Source of the DNA: Candidatus Latescibacterota bacterium
Lineage (GTDB): Bacteria; Latescibacterota; UBA2968; UBA8231
NCBI GenBank assembly: GCA_965206595.1
Contig: OZ242214.1
Coordinates: 3,360,001 to 3,424,000 of the forward strand
DNA length: 64,000 nucleotides
Direction of reading: 5' to 3'
In this document: positions 48,838 through 58,706 of the stretch, one piece after another
Position numbering within the stretch: position 1 is the stretch's first letter
How the letters are laid out: each line of letters starts with the position of its first letter
Notes under the pieces: model-generated
The model's input: the letters and a program-made list of their open reading frames with translations, nothing else
What the model was told of the DNA's origin: nothing
Databases searched by the model: none
Program-made: the position numbers and the translations under genes

Positions 48838-50810
48838 GCTTTCAGATCAGAGACATAGTCCTCTATGGACACAACGGTGAGATGCGACGACTGGAGTTTG
48901 CTCCCGGCAGGCTCAACATCATCACCGGGGCGTCCAAGACGGGCAAGACGGCGCTAATTGCGATTATCGAATACTGCTTCGGTTCCACCGAGTGCCAAAT
49001 CCCAGATGGCATCATGCGTCGCGCTGTCGCCTGGGCAGGTGTGAGGCTGGCGGTTCCGGAGGGAGATGTCTTTATCGCTAGACGCCTTCCCGCTCCAGGG
49101 CGTAATTCGTCGTTCGAGGTTCACTACACCGTGGGAAGCCAAATCGCTTTGCCGGGCACGGATCAGCTCATGCAGACGACCAACCCGGAAAGTCTCCAAG
49201 GATTGCTTGCAGCCCACGCGGGAATTAGACAGAACCGCCATGACCCCCCTCATGGACAGACACGCCCTCCCTTGCAGGCCGGAATTGCCCATGCGCTGAT
49301 CTACTGCTTCCAGCATCAGACGGAGATTGACAGCAATCGACACCTGTTTCACAGGCAAAGTGAACAATGGCTGCCGCAGGCTATTAAGGACACGATGCCC
49401 TATTTCCTCGGGGCCGTAACTGACGAGTATGTGGCGCGCATGGACGAGCTGCGCCGTCTCCGCCGCGAACTTCAAAGAAGCCGGCGCAAACTGGAAGAAT
49501 ATGAGGCGGTAAGAGGGCAGGGCGTCACCGTGGCACAGGGGCTTCTTGCGGAGGCAACTGACCTCGGTTTGGTCACCGGCCTGTCCTCCCCTGAAACGTG
49601 GGAGGCCTGTCTCGAAGCACTCCGGAGGCTTGCAAATTACGGTGCGAGGTCTATCCTGGAGGAAGAAGAGGTTGCGGCCGAAGGGGATGAGTTCCGTCGG
49701 CTACAGGAGGAACGAGACGAGATCACACACGAGCTTCGCATCGTCCGAGATCAGCTTGACGCTTCAAAAGCACTGACTGCCGACCGCCACGGATTCTCAC
49801 AGGAAGCACAGGCCCAGAGCCTCCGTCTGAAAAGCATTGCGCTGTTTACCTCCCATGACGACCATGAACACAGTAGGACCAGTTGCCCGTTGTGTCAGTC
49901 CTCGCTTCCAAGCAGTGAAGTAACTCCCTCTGTCCAGGAAATCCAAGACTCGCTGGAAAGGCTCGACGACCAGATTCGTCAGGTCGAGGATCGGACTCCG
50001 CAAATGGAGGCAGTCGTGGGTTCGCTTGAAGCCAAGCAGGCCGATATCAAGTCTCGTCTGCGGGACAACCGGGAGAAACTCGAAGCAATCCAACGGGGAA
50101 ACGCCAGGCTGCAGGAGTACAGAGACCGCAACGCCAGAAGGGCCCACATCTCCGGCAGAATCAGCCTGTACCTCGAGAGTGTCCCTCACCTTGATGACGG
50201 CAGTGACTTGCAGCGACAGATTGCCGATCTGCAGGCACAGGTAACCAGACTGGAAGAGGAATTGAGCGACGATGCGGTTCAGGAACGCGTTCAATCGGCG
50301 CTGTCGATCATCTCCCGTAACATGAGCGGTTGGGCTTCGCAACTCGAACTCGAACACGCGGAATTCCCGCTACGCTTGGATCTCCGGCGGCTAACCGTGG
50401 TTGCCGACGGCACCGATGGCCCGATCCCGATGGAGCGCATGGGAAGCGGCGAGAACTGGGTTGGGTATCATCTCATCGCACACTTCGGACTGCACCGCTG
50501 GTTTGTCGAACGGCACCGTCCTGTCCCGGGTTTCATCTTCATTGACCAGCCATCCCAGGTCTACTTCCCGGAAGACGAGGACTGGCAGCGGCAGGGAAAT
50601 GGGACGGTGGAAATAGGCGAGGACAGGGAGAAAGTGAGGCGCATGTACCGATTAGCCCACGATTTTGTGCAGGGCCTCAACGGGCAGTTTCAGGTGATTG
50701 TTACGGACCACGCGAATATCAACGAACCGTGGTTTCAAGACTGTGTGGTTGAGCGCTGGCGAGAAGGAAGGAAATTGATACCACCTGAATGGGACGCTAT
50801 CCCTGAATGA
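48834..50810 (+). CDS. lmuB: Lamassu LmuB SMC/Rad50-like ATPase (DUF3732-type)
   Basis: Walker A GASKTGKT, coiled coils with CPLC zinc hook, GSGENW signature, [10 protein letters not shown] and TDHA. TTG start overlaps the lmuC stop. Confidence 0.88.
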   Translation: MSFQIRDIVLYGHNGEMRRLEFAPGRLNIITGASKTGKTALIAIIEYCFGSTECQIPDGIMRRAVAWAGVRLAVPEGDVFIARRLPAPGRNSSFEVHYTVGSQIALPGTDQLMQTTNPESLQGLLAAHAGIRQNRHDPPHGQTRPPLQAGIAHALIYCFQHQTEIDSNRHLFHRQSEQWLPQAIKDTMPYFLGAVTDEYVARMDELRRLRRELQRSRRKLEEYEAVRGQGVTVAQGLLAEATDLGLVTGLSSPETWEACLEALRRLANYGARSILEEEEVAAEGDEFRRLQEERDEITHELRIVRDQLDASKALTADRHGFSQEAQAQSLRLKSIALFTSHDDHEHSRTSCPLCQSSLPSSEVTPSVQEIQDSLERLDDQIRQVEDRTPQMEAVVGSLEAKQADIKSRLRDNREKLEAIQRGNARLQEYRDRNARRAHISGRISLYLESVPHLDDGSDLQRQIADLQAQVTRLEEELSDDAVQERVQSALSIISRNMSGWASQLELEHAEFPLRLDLRRLTVVADGTDGPIPMERMGSGENWVGYHLIAHFGLHRWFVERHRPVPGFIFIDQPSQVYFPEDEDWQRQGNGTVEIGEDREKVRRMYRLAHDFVQGLNGQFQVIVTDHANINEPWFQDCVVERWREGRKLIPPEWDAIPE

Positions 50811-50905
50811 AGATCAGCCCGACGGACAAAGTGCCTTCGCTCCTCATGCTGTACAAGGGCTCGGGACCATAACACAAAAACAGGAACTGCCGAAGGGCCC
50901 ATGAA

Positions 50906-53900
50906 ATGAATCAGAGCACCTCGGTCTATAATGCATTGCAGAACTTTGCCGCCGCGGTGACAGCCAAAATGACCCAGGTCACCCTTGGCGAGCCCGAGGA
51001 CCAAGTGCGCGGTCCGTTCGAAATCTTCATGGCCGCTACCGCCCGCGCTTTCGGCTGGGAAGTCGTCTGCACCGGTGAAACTTCCCTTCCGGACCGACTC
51101 GGCCGCCCGGATTACGCCGTTCATCGCAACCAGTTGCTCGCCGGATATGTCGAGCTCAAGGCCCCTGGCACCGGGGCGACAGCCACCCGTTTCAGAGGCC
51201 GCAACCGCGATCAGTTCAAGCGCTTCTCTGCTACGCCCAACATCCTCTACACGGATGGCAACGAGTGGGCGCTCTACCGCAACGGCGATCTGATCGACAA
51301 GGTCGTTCGACTGGGAGGCGATGTCGCCGCTGACGGCAGGAAGGCCGCCGCGTTCCAGGACGCCCGGGCCGTCGAGCGTCTCTTGCGCGATTTCCTCTCT
51401 TGGGAACCGATCATTCCCAGGGACCGCAACGGCAAGATCGACCTCAGGGGATTCGCCGCGCTGCTGGCGCCTCTGTGCCGCATGTTGCGCGACGACGTGA
51501 CGGACGCGCTCAAAGACCCGGCGTCTCCGCTCGTGCAGCTTGCGGAAGACTGGCGGCAATTGCTCTTCCCGGATGCCTCGGACGAGCAATTCGCCGACGC
51601 GTACGCCCAGACTGTGACCTTTGCCTTGCTGCTAGGCCGAAGCGAAGGAGCCGATCCGCTTACCCTAGATAGCGCCGAGACGGCCCTCGCCGTCCAGCAC
51701 AACCTGCTGTCGCGGGCACTACAAGTGCTGACGGACCCCGGCGCGCGTGCCGATATCGCCGCTTCCCTCGACCTGCTGCTGCGCGTGATCGATGTCGTGA
51801 CGCCGGCCACGCTCACCGGTCCCGAGGATCCCTGGCTCTATTTCTACGAAGACTTCCTCGCGGTCTACGATCCCAGGCTGCGCAAGGACGCCGGGGCCTA
51901 CTACACCCCGGTCGAGGTCGTCCGCGCCCAGGTGCGCCTGATCGACGATCTGCTCGTCCGCCGTCTCGGCAAACCGCTCGGTTTCGCCGATCCCGGCGTC
52001 GTCACGCTCGATCCCGCCGTGGGAACCGGAACCTATCTGCTCGGCGTCATCGAACACGCCCTCGGCCGCGTCAAAGAAGAGCAAGGCGCCGGAGCGGTCG
52101 CCGGACAAGCCACCGCGCTGGCTCAAAATCTCTACGGTTTCGAGCTACTGGTCGGCCCTTACGCGGTGAGCGAGCTGCGTGTCAGCCGTGCCCTGCGCGA
52201 TGACGGCGCGGCACTGCCCGCCGACGGTACGCACATCTACCTGACCGACACCCTCGAAAGCCCCGACGCGGAACCTCCGCAGATGCCGTTCATTCTGCGG
52301 CCCATCGCCGAGCAACACAGAAAGGCGCTCGCAATCAAGAGCGCGGTCCCGGTCATCGTCTGCCTGGGCAATCCCCCCTACGACCGGCACGATGCGGTGG
52401 ATACGGAAAACGAGGCCAATCTTTCCCAGTATGGCGGATGGGTTCGATTCGGTGACCCTTTGCCTGACAACGTGGTCAAGGATAGAAGGGGCAGAGACAG
52501 GGAGCTCAGGACCGCCGAGGCCAGGCTGGAAAGAAGACAGCAACTCGCTATTCTGAAGGATTTCCTCGACCCTGCCACCGCCGCCGGCCACGGCGTCCAC
52601 GTCAAGAACCTCTACAACCTCTACGTCTATTTCTGGCGCTGGGCGCTGTGGAAGGTCTTCGAGCACGAGACCGCCAGCGGTCCCGGCATCGTCAGCTTCA
52701 TCAGCGCCTCGAGCTACCTCGACGGCGACGCTTTCTCTGGAATGCGCGAACACATACGTCGGCAGTGCGACGAAATCTGGATCCTCGATCTCGGAGGCGA
52801 GGGACGCGGCACGCGCCAGGATGACAATGTCTTTGCGATCCAGACGCCCGTCGCCATTTCCGTGGCTTTCCGTGCGAAGGAGGCGGAAACAGATAAACCC
52901 GCGAAAGTTCACCATGCCCGCATCGAGGGGACGCGCGCTGAGAAACTCGCCGTGCTTGACGCTGTCGAGGGCTTTGCGAATACGAAAGTGAAATGGCAGG
53001 ATTGCCCGGACGCTTGGCAGGCTCCGTTTCGCCCGGCGGGCAAGGGGCATTACTTCGATTGGCCGTTGCTTACTGATCTGATGCCGTGGCAGCATTCGGG
53101 TGTGCAACTCAAACGGACTTGGCCGATTGCACCGGACGCGGAAGTACTGGAGCATCGTTGGCGCAGTCTGCTAAATGCTGAGGATAGATCAAAGGCATTC
53201 CGCGAAACCGGAGACCGTACTGTCGATGGGACGTATCGCGTCGCCCTAACAGAGCGGAGCGACTCGACGCCGATCACCGAACTGCCCGACAGCACCTCCA
53301 TTCCGGAAGTGCAGCAATACGCTTATCGCTCTTTAGACCGCCATTACATCATCGTGGACGGGCGCTTAATGTCCCGTCCGCGCCCCGACCTGTGGCGCGC
53401 CCACGGCGAACGGCAGGTGTATTTGACGAGCCTGCTCAACCATCCGCTCGGTGATGGGCCTGCGGCAACGGCCTGCTCGCACCTTCCCGATCTCCACCAT
53501 TTCCGTGGATCGTACGGGGCAAAAGAGGTCTTCCCCCTCTATCGCACCGCCGACGCTTCGCAGGCGAACATTATCCCTGGCCTGCTCGAAATCCTTGCCA
53601 CAGAATACGAGCGCAACGTCACCCCCGAAGATTTCCTCGGCTACATTTACGGCGTAATAGCCCAACCACCCTTCACAACACGGTTTAAAACCGAACTGGG
53701 AACTCGTGAACTACGCGTACCAATCACAAAGGATGTCGAACTGTTCGAGCAAATCCTTGAGGCGGGTTCACTCCTTCTGTGGCTCCACACCTACGGGGAG
53801 CGTTTCATCCCCACCGGACAGACGCGCGGTCGTGTTCCGCTCGGTGCAGCTAAGTGCGTCAAGGCCGTTCCCGGTGACGCCGACGACTATCCAGAGGCAT

Positions 53901-54298
53901 TCGCTTACAACGACGCGACCCGGACGCTTCGCGTCGGCGAAGGCGAGTTCGCACCCGTCGCACCCGAGGTTTACGAATTCGAGGTCTCCGGCCTCAAGAT
54001 CCTGCAGTCCTGGCTCAAGTACCGCATGAAGAAAGGGGCCGGCAAGAAATCCTCGCCCCTTGACGACATCCGTCCCGAACGCTGGACTAGCCAGTTCACC
54101 ACTGAACTACTGGATTTGCTCCGGGTGCTGGAGGCGACGTTGAAGTGCTACCCCGAACAGTCGCGGCTGCTCAAAGCCGTCGTCGCGAGCGACTGCTTCC
54201 GAGCCGACGAACTACCGCGGGTTCCGGAGGTAATGCGCAAGCCGCCCAAGACACAGACCATCAATAGCGGCTTGTTTGACACGGAGTACGGCCTTTAA
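50906..54298 (+). CDS. Fused restriction-modification enzyme (type IIG / helicase-less type ISP-like; N6-adenine methyltransferase)
   Basis: N-terminal PD..ELK nuclease; YFYEDFL..YD...GAYYTP; motif I DPAVGTG; motif IV GNPPY; C-terminal ISP-type specificity region. Confidence 0.88.
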   Translation: MNQSTSVYNALQNFAAAVTAKMTQVTLGEPEDQVRGPFEIFMAATARAFGWEVVCTGETSLPDRLGRPDYAVHRNQLLAGYVELKAPGTGATATRFRGRNRDQFKRFSATPNILYTDGNEWALYRNGDLIDKVVRLGGDVAADGRKAAAFQDARAVERLLRDFLSWEPIIPRDRNGKIDLRGFAALLAPLCRMLRDDVTDALKDPASPLVQLAEDWRQLLFPDASDEQFADAYAQTVTFALLLGRSEGADPLTLDSAETALAVQHNLLSRALQVLTDPGARADIAASLDLLLRVIDVVTPATLTGPEDPWLYFYEDFLAVYDPRLRKDAGAYYTPVEVVRAQVRLIDDLLVRRLGKPLGFADPGVVTLDPAVGTGTYLLGVIEHALGRVKEEQGAGAVAGQATALAQNLYGFELLVGPYAVSELRVSRALRDDGAALPADGTHIYLTDTLESPDAEPPQMPFILRPIAEQHRKALAIKSAVPVIVCLGNPPYDRHDAVDTENEANLSQYGGWVRFGDPLPDNVVKDRRGRDRELRTAEARLERRQQLAILKDFLDPATAAGHGVHVKNLYNLYVYFWRWALWKVFEHETASGPGIVSFISASSYLDGDAFSGMREHIRRQCDEIWILDLGGEGRGTRQDDNVFAIQTPVAISVAFRAKEAETDKPAKVHHARIEGTRAEKLAVLDAVEGFANTKVKWQDCPDAWQAPFRPAGKGHYFDWPLLTDLMPWQHSGVQLKRTWPIAPDAEVLEHRWRSLLNAEDRSKAFRETGDRTVDGTYRVALTERSDSTPITELPDSTSIPEVQQYAYRSLDRHYIIVDGRLMSRPRPDLWRAHGERQVYLTSLLNHPLGDGPAATACSHLPDLHHFRGSYGAKEVFPLYRTADASQANIIPGLLEILATEYERNVTPEDFLGYIYGVIAQPPFTTRFKTELGTRELRVPITKDVELFEQILEAGSLLLWLHTYGERFIPTGQTRGRVPLGAAKCVKAVPGDADDYPEAFAYNDATRTLRVGEGEFAPVAPEVYEFEVSGLKILQSWLKYRMKKGAGKKSSPLDDIRPERWTSQFTTELLDLLRVLEATLKCYPEQSRLLKAVVASDCFRADELPRVPEVMRKPPKTQTINSGLFDTEYGL

Positions 54299-54844
54299 GG
54301 GAATATGAACAATTCGATCGAGCAAGCCGTGGAGACCATTCTGAAGACTGCAAGAGCTTAGGACCAGTTTCAGATACGCACGAGAGAGCTTCACCACATC
54401 ACAAAGGCCCAGGTGGCGAAGGCCTTGGAGCGCGATTTGTCCAACGTCGAAGCTGAAGCGCGACTTTGGCTCAACACCGTTGATTTGGGGGAGGCTGCCG
54501 GACAACTCGACCCACCGTATCGTTTCTTCCTAAGGTCAAATGCGGTGGAAGGTGTTCACATTCGACGCTGGGGAGACGGATTGTATGACTCCGCGCTTGG
54601 GGAAATCAGCGCATGCATTGACGCCATACGCGAACGAGAAGGGCTCAATGAGGACGAGGATTGGCGCATTGGACAAGGACCGGAGGATAGGGAGGAGTTA
54701 AGTAAACGATACTCGCAGGTTCTCGACGCAAAATTCGAAGAGACACTGCGGGAATACGGCCTCGTTGACATGGCCGATCTATGCAGCCAAGACCGTAAAG
54801 CGTACGACGAACTTAGAGAGGAAGGCCGTCGCCTCGTCTTTGAG

Positions 54845-56704
54845 CCTTTGTTATTCATTCAACCCGCGCATAAGCGGACATAGGCGCTTCCGAGACCCCT
54901 TTGCTTAGCCTCAGAGGCTTGCGTCCCTTCTATAGTCGGCTTTTTGGGTAGAGCCGTCTCCTTATCTCTACCGACCTTGTTGAAATTGTACGCGCCTTCT
55001 CGAAGACGCTTGCCTTTGCGAGCCCATCATCCCGACCGACCCGGCCTGCGCTTACGCCATCGCCGCGTCCACCGGTTTGAGCGTGGCCAGAAATCTCCAC
55101 AGACGATCCCAGGCAGCCGCCGTCCCTTGGGTCAGGATGACGCCCACCCTGCGCCCATGCAAGGTGACGCGGGACGGCAGGCGCAGGTAGCGCCGTCGAA
55201 AACTGTCCAGGCTCAGGGCCGTCGTCGAGCGTCCGTATGTGCGGGGCCGCCCGCGTCGGGCCTCGGCGCGTTCGGCGGCCTGGCGGCCCAGGTGAAGCAG
55301 GTTGTAGGCCAGCAGGTTCAAGGTCAGAAGCGCCTGGTTGGCAGCGAAGGCATCCCGGGACGGGGTGCGCTGACGCGGCTCTCGACCCCGGTAGTGTTGC
55401 TTGCGACGGGTGGTAGAGGAGAGCTGAGGCTGGAGGGTGGAGCTCAACTCGCCGAGCATGCGCTCGAAAAGGCCGCGCTGACGATAAAAGGCGACCAGGT
55501 CGCGGCCGCTCATCGTCTGGGGACTCTGGTCGGTGATCAGGAAGAAGTGGCGGGCGATGGGCAGCTCTTCCGTCTCGGAAGGGACCAGGACCAACACCAC
55601 CCGCCGGGGCTGCGCCCAGGACCTGGCTTGATAGCGCAGCTCGCGACAGCGAAAACCCTCTTCCCGCAGCTCTTCCGGGTGCTGCGCCAGCTCCTGCTGA
55701 TAGCCTTCCACCCAGGCACGAGCCAGCTCCTCCAGGCGCGCATTCTTCTTGATGCGCGCCACGTACGAGGTGTCGGCCCGCGCTTCCAGCTCACTCAGGA
55801 AAGACCCGCTCACCGAGGCCGCGTCGAAGCGCAGGATGAGGCGCCGGGCCAGATGCGACTGAATCCAGTCCAAGCGCTTGCCGAGAGCCTCTGAGGCGCC
55901 CTCATGGGCGTGCACGTTGCCCGGCCGCAGCACGGCACCGAAGAAATCGCCCGTCTGCGCCGAGCCGAGGAGCAGGGGATGGTACCCCGAGGCGTGGAAG
56001 TAGCCGTTGTATTCGACCCCCGCCTGGTGCCCGTGCGCCGGCATCGGCAGGGCATCCATGTCGACGGCCAACTCCTCGTATTTCATCCGTCCTTCCAGCA
56101 GCCGGCAACGAGACCGGGCGCTGCGCAGGACGGCTTCCTCCAACACCTCGCGGTTATAGGCAGTCGAGGCTTGCTCGAGCAGGCGCGACAGCGTCGGCTG
56201 ACTGGCCAGTCCCTGCGGCCGGTCTTCGTCGCCGCTGCGCAACGGCGCCTGCCCTTTGCGATCGCTGACCGCCAGACGCAGGATCGGATCTTGGCGCAAC
56301 GCGTCGGCGTCGGCGGCGTGGGTCCAGCCCTGTGCCAGCAGCACGATCTGTGTGCGCAGCAGCTCCGGCAGCGGGTGCGTGATCTGGTCTTGGGTACGGA
56401 GATCCTCGAAGTGGGCGTCGACCCAATCCAGAACCCGGCTGTGTTCGAGCAGTTGACGCAACATCAGCGCACCGGTGTCGCTGCCAAGGTGGGTGGGGCG
56501 GGCTTCGATGTGGATGGAGCGGTTGAAAGACGGCTGAATCGGCCCGGCTTGCTCGGACTCGGTGTGTGACGGTAATTCACCCATTGGGTGTCCTACTGTG
56601 TGATGGGTTCAAAGGGCGATACTGCCTTGTGTTTCCCTCTGAAATCTAAGCATGGGAGGCACCCAGTACAGCCCTCTCCACTAAAATTCCATGAATAACA
56701 AGGG
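54845..56704 (-). mobile_element. IS1380-family insertion sequence, copy 2 (inverted relative to copy 1)
   Basis: Same inverted repeats, length and six-frame translations as 1649-3508. Flanks TTGAG/CTGAG form a near-perfect 5-bp target duplication. Confidence 0.93.
55052..56584 (-). CDS. IS1380-family DDE transposase
   Basis: Protein identical to 1769-3301. Confidence 0.92.
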   Translation of the reverse strand: MGELPSHTESEQAGPIQPSFNRSIHIEARPTHLGSDTGALMLRQLLEHSRVLDWVDAHFEDLRTQDQITHPLPELLRTQIVLLAQGWTHAADADALRQDPILRLAVSDRKGQAPLRSGDEDRPQGLASQPTLSRLLEQASTAYNREVLEEAVLRSARSRCRLLEGRMKYEELAVDMDALPMPAHGHQAGVEYNGYFHASGYHPLLLGSAQTGDFFGAVLRPGNVHAHEGASEALGKRLDWIQSHLARRLILRFDAASVSGSFLSELEARADTSYVARIKKNARLEELARAWVEGYQQELAQHPEELREEGFRCRELRYQARSWAQPRRVVLVLVPSETEELPIARHFFLITDQSPQTMSGRDLVAFYRQRGLFERMLGELSSTLQPQLSSTTRRKQHYRGREPRQRTPSRDAFAANQALLTLNLLAYNLLHLGRQAAERAEARRGRPRTYGRSTTALSLDSFRRRYLRLPSRVTLHGRRVGVILTQGTAAAWDRLWRFLATLKPVDAAMA

Positions 56705-57182
56705 CTGAGTATACCTCCGAGTTGGAACAAGTGAGGGCTGTCCAGAAACAATTCGAAGATGAGGCCGAAATCTGTGCCGAAAGTGGGGCCTATCATGCGG
56801 CAACCGTAATGATTGGCTCCGCCATTGAGTCCGCCTTTCTGTTCACCTGCTTGAAACACCGAGACGAAGCTTTGAACGCACGGGACTGCTTACCAAAACG
56901 CAAACGACCGAGAAGTGAAGATCCGAAAAGTTGGGGGTTTTCGGATTTCGTGCTAGTGGTAGACAAGGCGGGATGGTTATCAGACTTTCATTTCGAGGAC
57001 GGAACTCTGATCACTCGCGGGTTAGGGGACATGGCACGCAACCTGCGGAACTTGGTGCATCCTTCCCGACACCTAACCAAACAGAACCTCGATATAGCGC
57101 TTATGTATGGTAACGCACGAGCCGCCTACATTCTGCTCAAGCAGCGTTTGCCGGGACACTCTACGGAAGACGAGTAGTCTTC

Positions 57183-58445
57183 TTATTTTTTTGCCGCTCT
57201 ATTCCCGATAATTTTCCGCTTCGAGGCGGCCTTCTTTTTCTTCGGCGTCGCTTTCCTGGAGGCCGCTTTCTTTCCGGCGGCTTTTTTCGACGCAGCCTTC
57301 GTTACAGCGACCTTTCTCTTCAACGCCGCTTTCTTTACGGACGCTTTCTTCTTCGACGTCGTTTTCTTTGCAGCGACCTTCTTCTTTAGTGCTGCTTTCT
57401 TTCCGGCGGTTTTCTTCTTCAATGGGGCCTTCTTCAATGCCGCTTTTTTCCCGACAGTCTTCTTCTTCGACGCCGGCTTCTTTATGGAGGCCTTCCTCTT
57501 CAATGGGGCCTTCGTCAGCGCGGCTTTCTTTTTCGACCCCGCTTTCTTTCCGGCAACCTTCTTCTTCGCTGCGGCTTTCTTTCCAGCGGCTTTCTTCTTC
57601 AATACCGCCTTTTTCCCGGCCACCTTCTTTTTTGACGCCGTTTTCTTCCCGCCTGCCTTTTTCTTCGATGCCTTTCTTCCCGCAGCCTTCCTCTTCTCCA
57701 CCTCTTCTGCTGCCGGGGCGGGGTCTTCCGCGGCGGTGTCGATATCGATCCCGAAGACCGACGACAGATCGTCCGAGGCCAGCACCCGGCCCCTGGGCGC
57801 GCCAGCCCCGGGCTGCTGCTGGACTGCGGCTTCCACCATCTCCAAGGGATCGACCCCTCTCAGGGTGAACAGCTTCTCGGGCTCGTGATCGAGGCGCGCG
57901 CCGACCCCGTAGAGGGCGGCCGCCACGTGCTTGCACATCACTGCCCAGTCCGGGCAGGAGCAGCTCAGGGCAATCTCCCCGGGCGACGGGAACAGCCCCT
58001 CTCCCGGGCGGGTAACGACCTCCATCACCCCCTTGGAGAGGGAGCCGCGCAACAGCTCCACCAGGGAGTCGATCTCCCCCGCGCTGCGCCCCTTCACCTC
58101 GGTCCATCGCCCCTGGGGCAGAGGCTGGATCCGGATGTCGACGCGGTACAGATCCGTGCCCATGACGAGCGCCTGCACGCGCCCGGTTTCGACGCTCAGG
58201 TGGATGACGGACCCGTTGCGCACGTATGTGCGGCCGCGGGGCAGGCGATTGGCGAAATCGCTGTACGCCTCGAGGTTGTCGCACCACGCCTGGCCCCAGA
58301 AGGTGGCGGCGATCCTGCGCCCCTCGATCTCCACCGGCTCGACCTCCTGTCCGACCTTCATGACCGCGGCGATCGTCTTCGCAGTCTTGCGGCGGCGCTT
58401 GGCCACCGGCACGTGGGGCCGCCATCCATGGCGGTACCTGCTCAT
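57183..58445 (-). CDS. SWIM zinc-finger protein with a ~170-aa histone H1-like Lys/Ala-rich tail
   Basis: FWGQAWCDNLE, NRLPRGRTY.RNG.V, GLFP, CSCPDWAVMCKH (CxCx(n)CxH), followed by KKAAGKKAAAKKK-type repeats. Confidence 0.88.
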   Translation of the reverse strand: MSRYRHGWRPHVPVAKRRRKTAKTIAAVMKVGQEVEPVEIEGRRIAATFWGQAWCDNLEAYSDFANRLPRGRTYVRNGSVIHLSVETGRVQALVMGTDLYRVDIRIQPLPQGRWTEVKGRSAGEIDSLVELLRGSLSKGVMEVVTRPGEGLFPSPGEIALSCSCPDWAVMCKHVAAALYGVGARLDHEPEKLFTLRGVDPLEMVEAAVQQQPGAGAPRGRVLASDDLSSVFGIDIDTAAEDPAPAAEEVEKRKAAGRKASKKKAGGKKTASKKKVAGKKAVLKKKAAGKKAAAKKKVAGKKAGSKKKAALTKAPLKRKASIKKPASKKKTVGKKAALKKAPLKKKTAGKKAALKKKVAAKKTTSKKKASVKKAALKRKVAVTKAASKKAAGKKAASRKATPKKKKAASKRKIIGNRAAKK

Positions 58446-58706
58446 CGATTCCTCCTCCAGGTTTCAGTCTTCACGGCACGCCCCGGCGTTTTCCGGAACG
58501 TGCAAGCGGGGTCCGCCCTTCGCAGCCGCGGAAATCCCCGTTACAGCGGATTACCCGCACCGGTCCGCCAGCGGCCTCCTTCGCAGGGAGGATCCCCCCC
58601 CCTGTCCACGGCGGGGCCCTTGCCCCACTGCTTCACGGCAGATGCGAAAACCCACACGAGCTGCGGTGCACCCGGTAAGCCGCTGCACGCCGTCCCTGCT
58701 GCAGGC

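Larger units (their letters stand above)
54305..57177 (+). pseudogene. Putative HEPN-domain protein, disrupted by an in-frame TAG (54359-54361) and by IS1380 copy 2
   Basis: ATG 54305 is in frame with ORF 54413. Removing the IS plus 5 bp joins RRLVFE to YTSELEQV. The C-terminal half has A...MIGSAIE and RNLRNLVHP. Confidence 0.7.

Noticed and set aside
57199-58425. 408-aa Glu-rich ORF overlapping the SWIM gene
   Set aside because: An alternative frame of the AAG/GCC repeats; the SWIM motif and the Lys tail lie in the continuous 57183-58445 frame.
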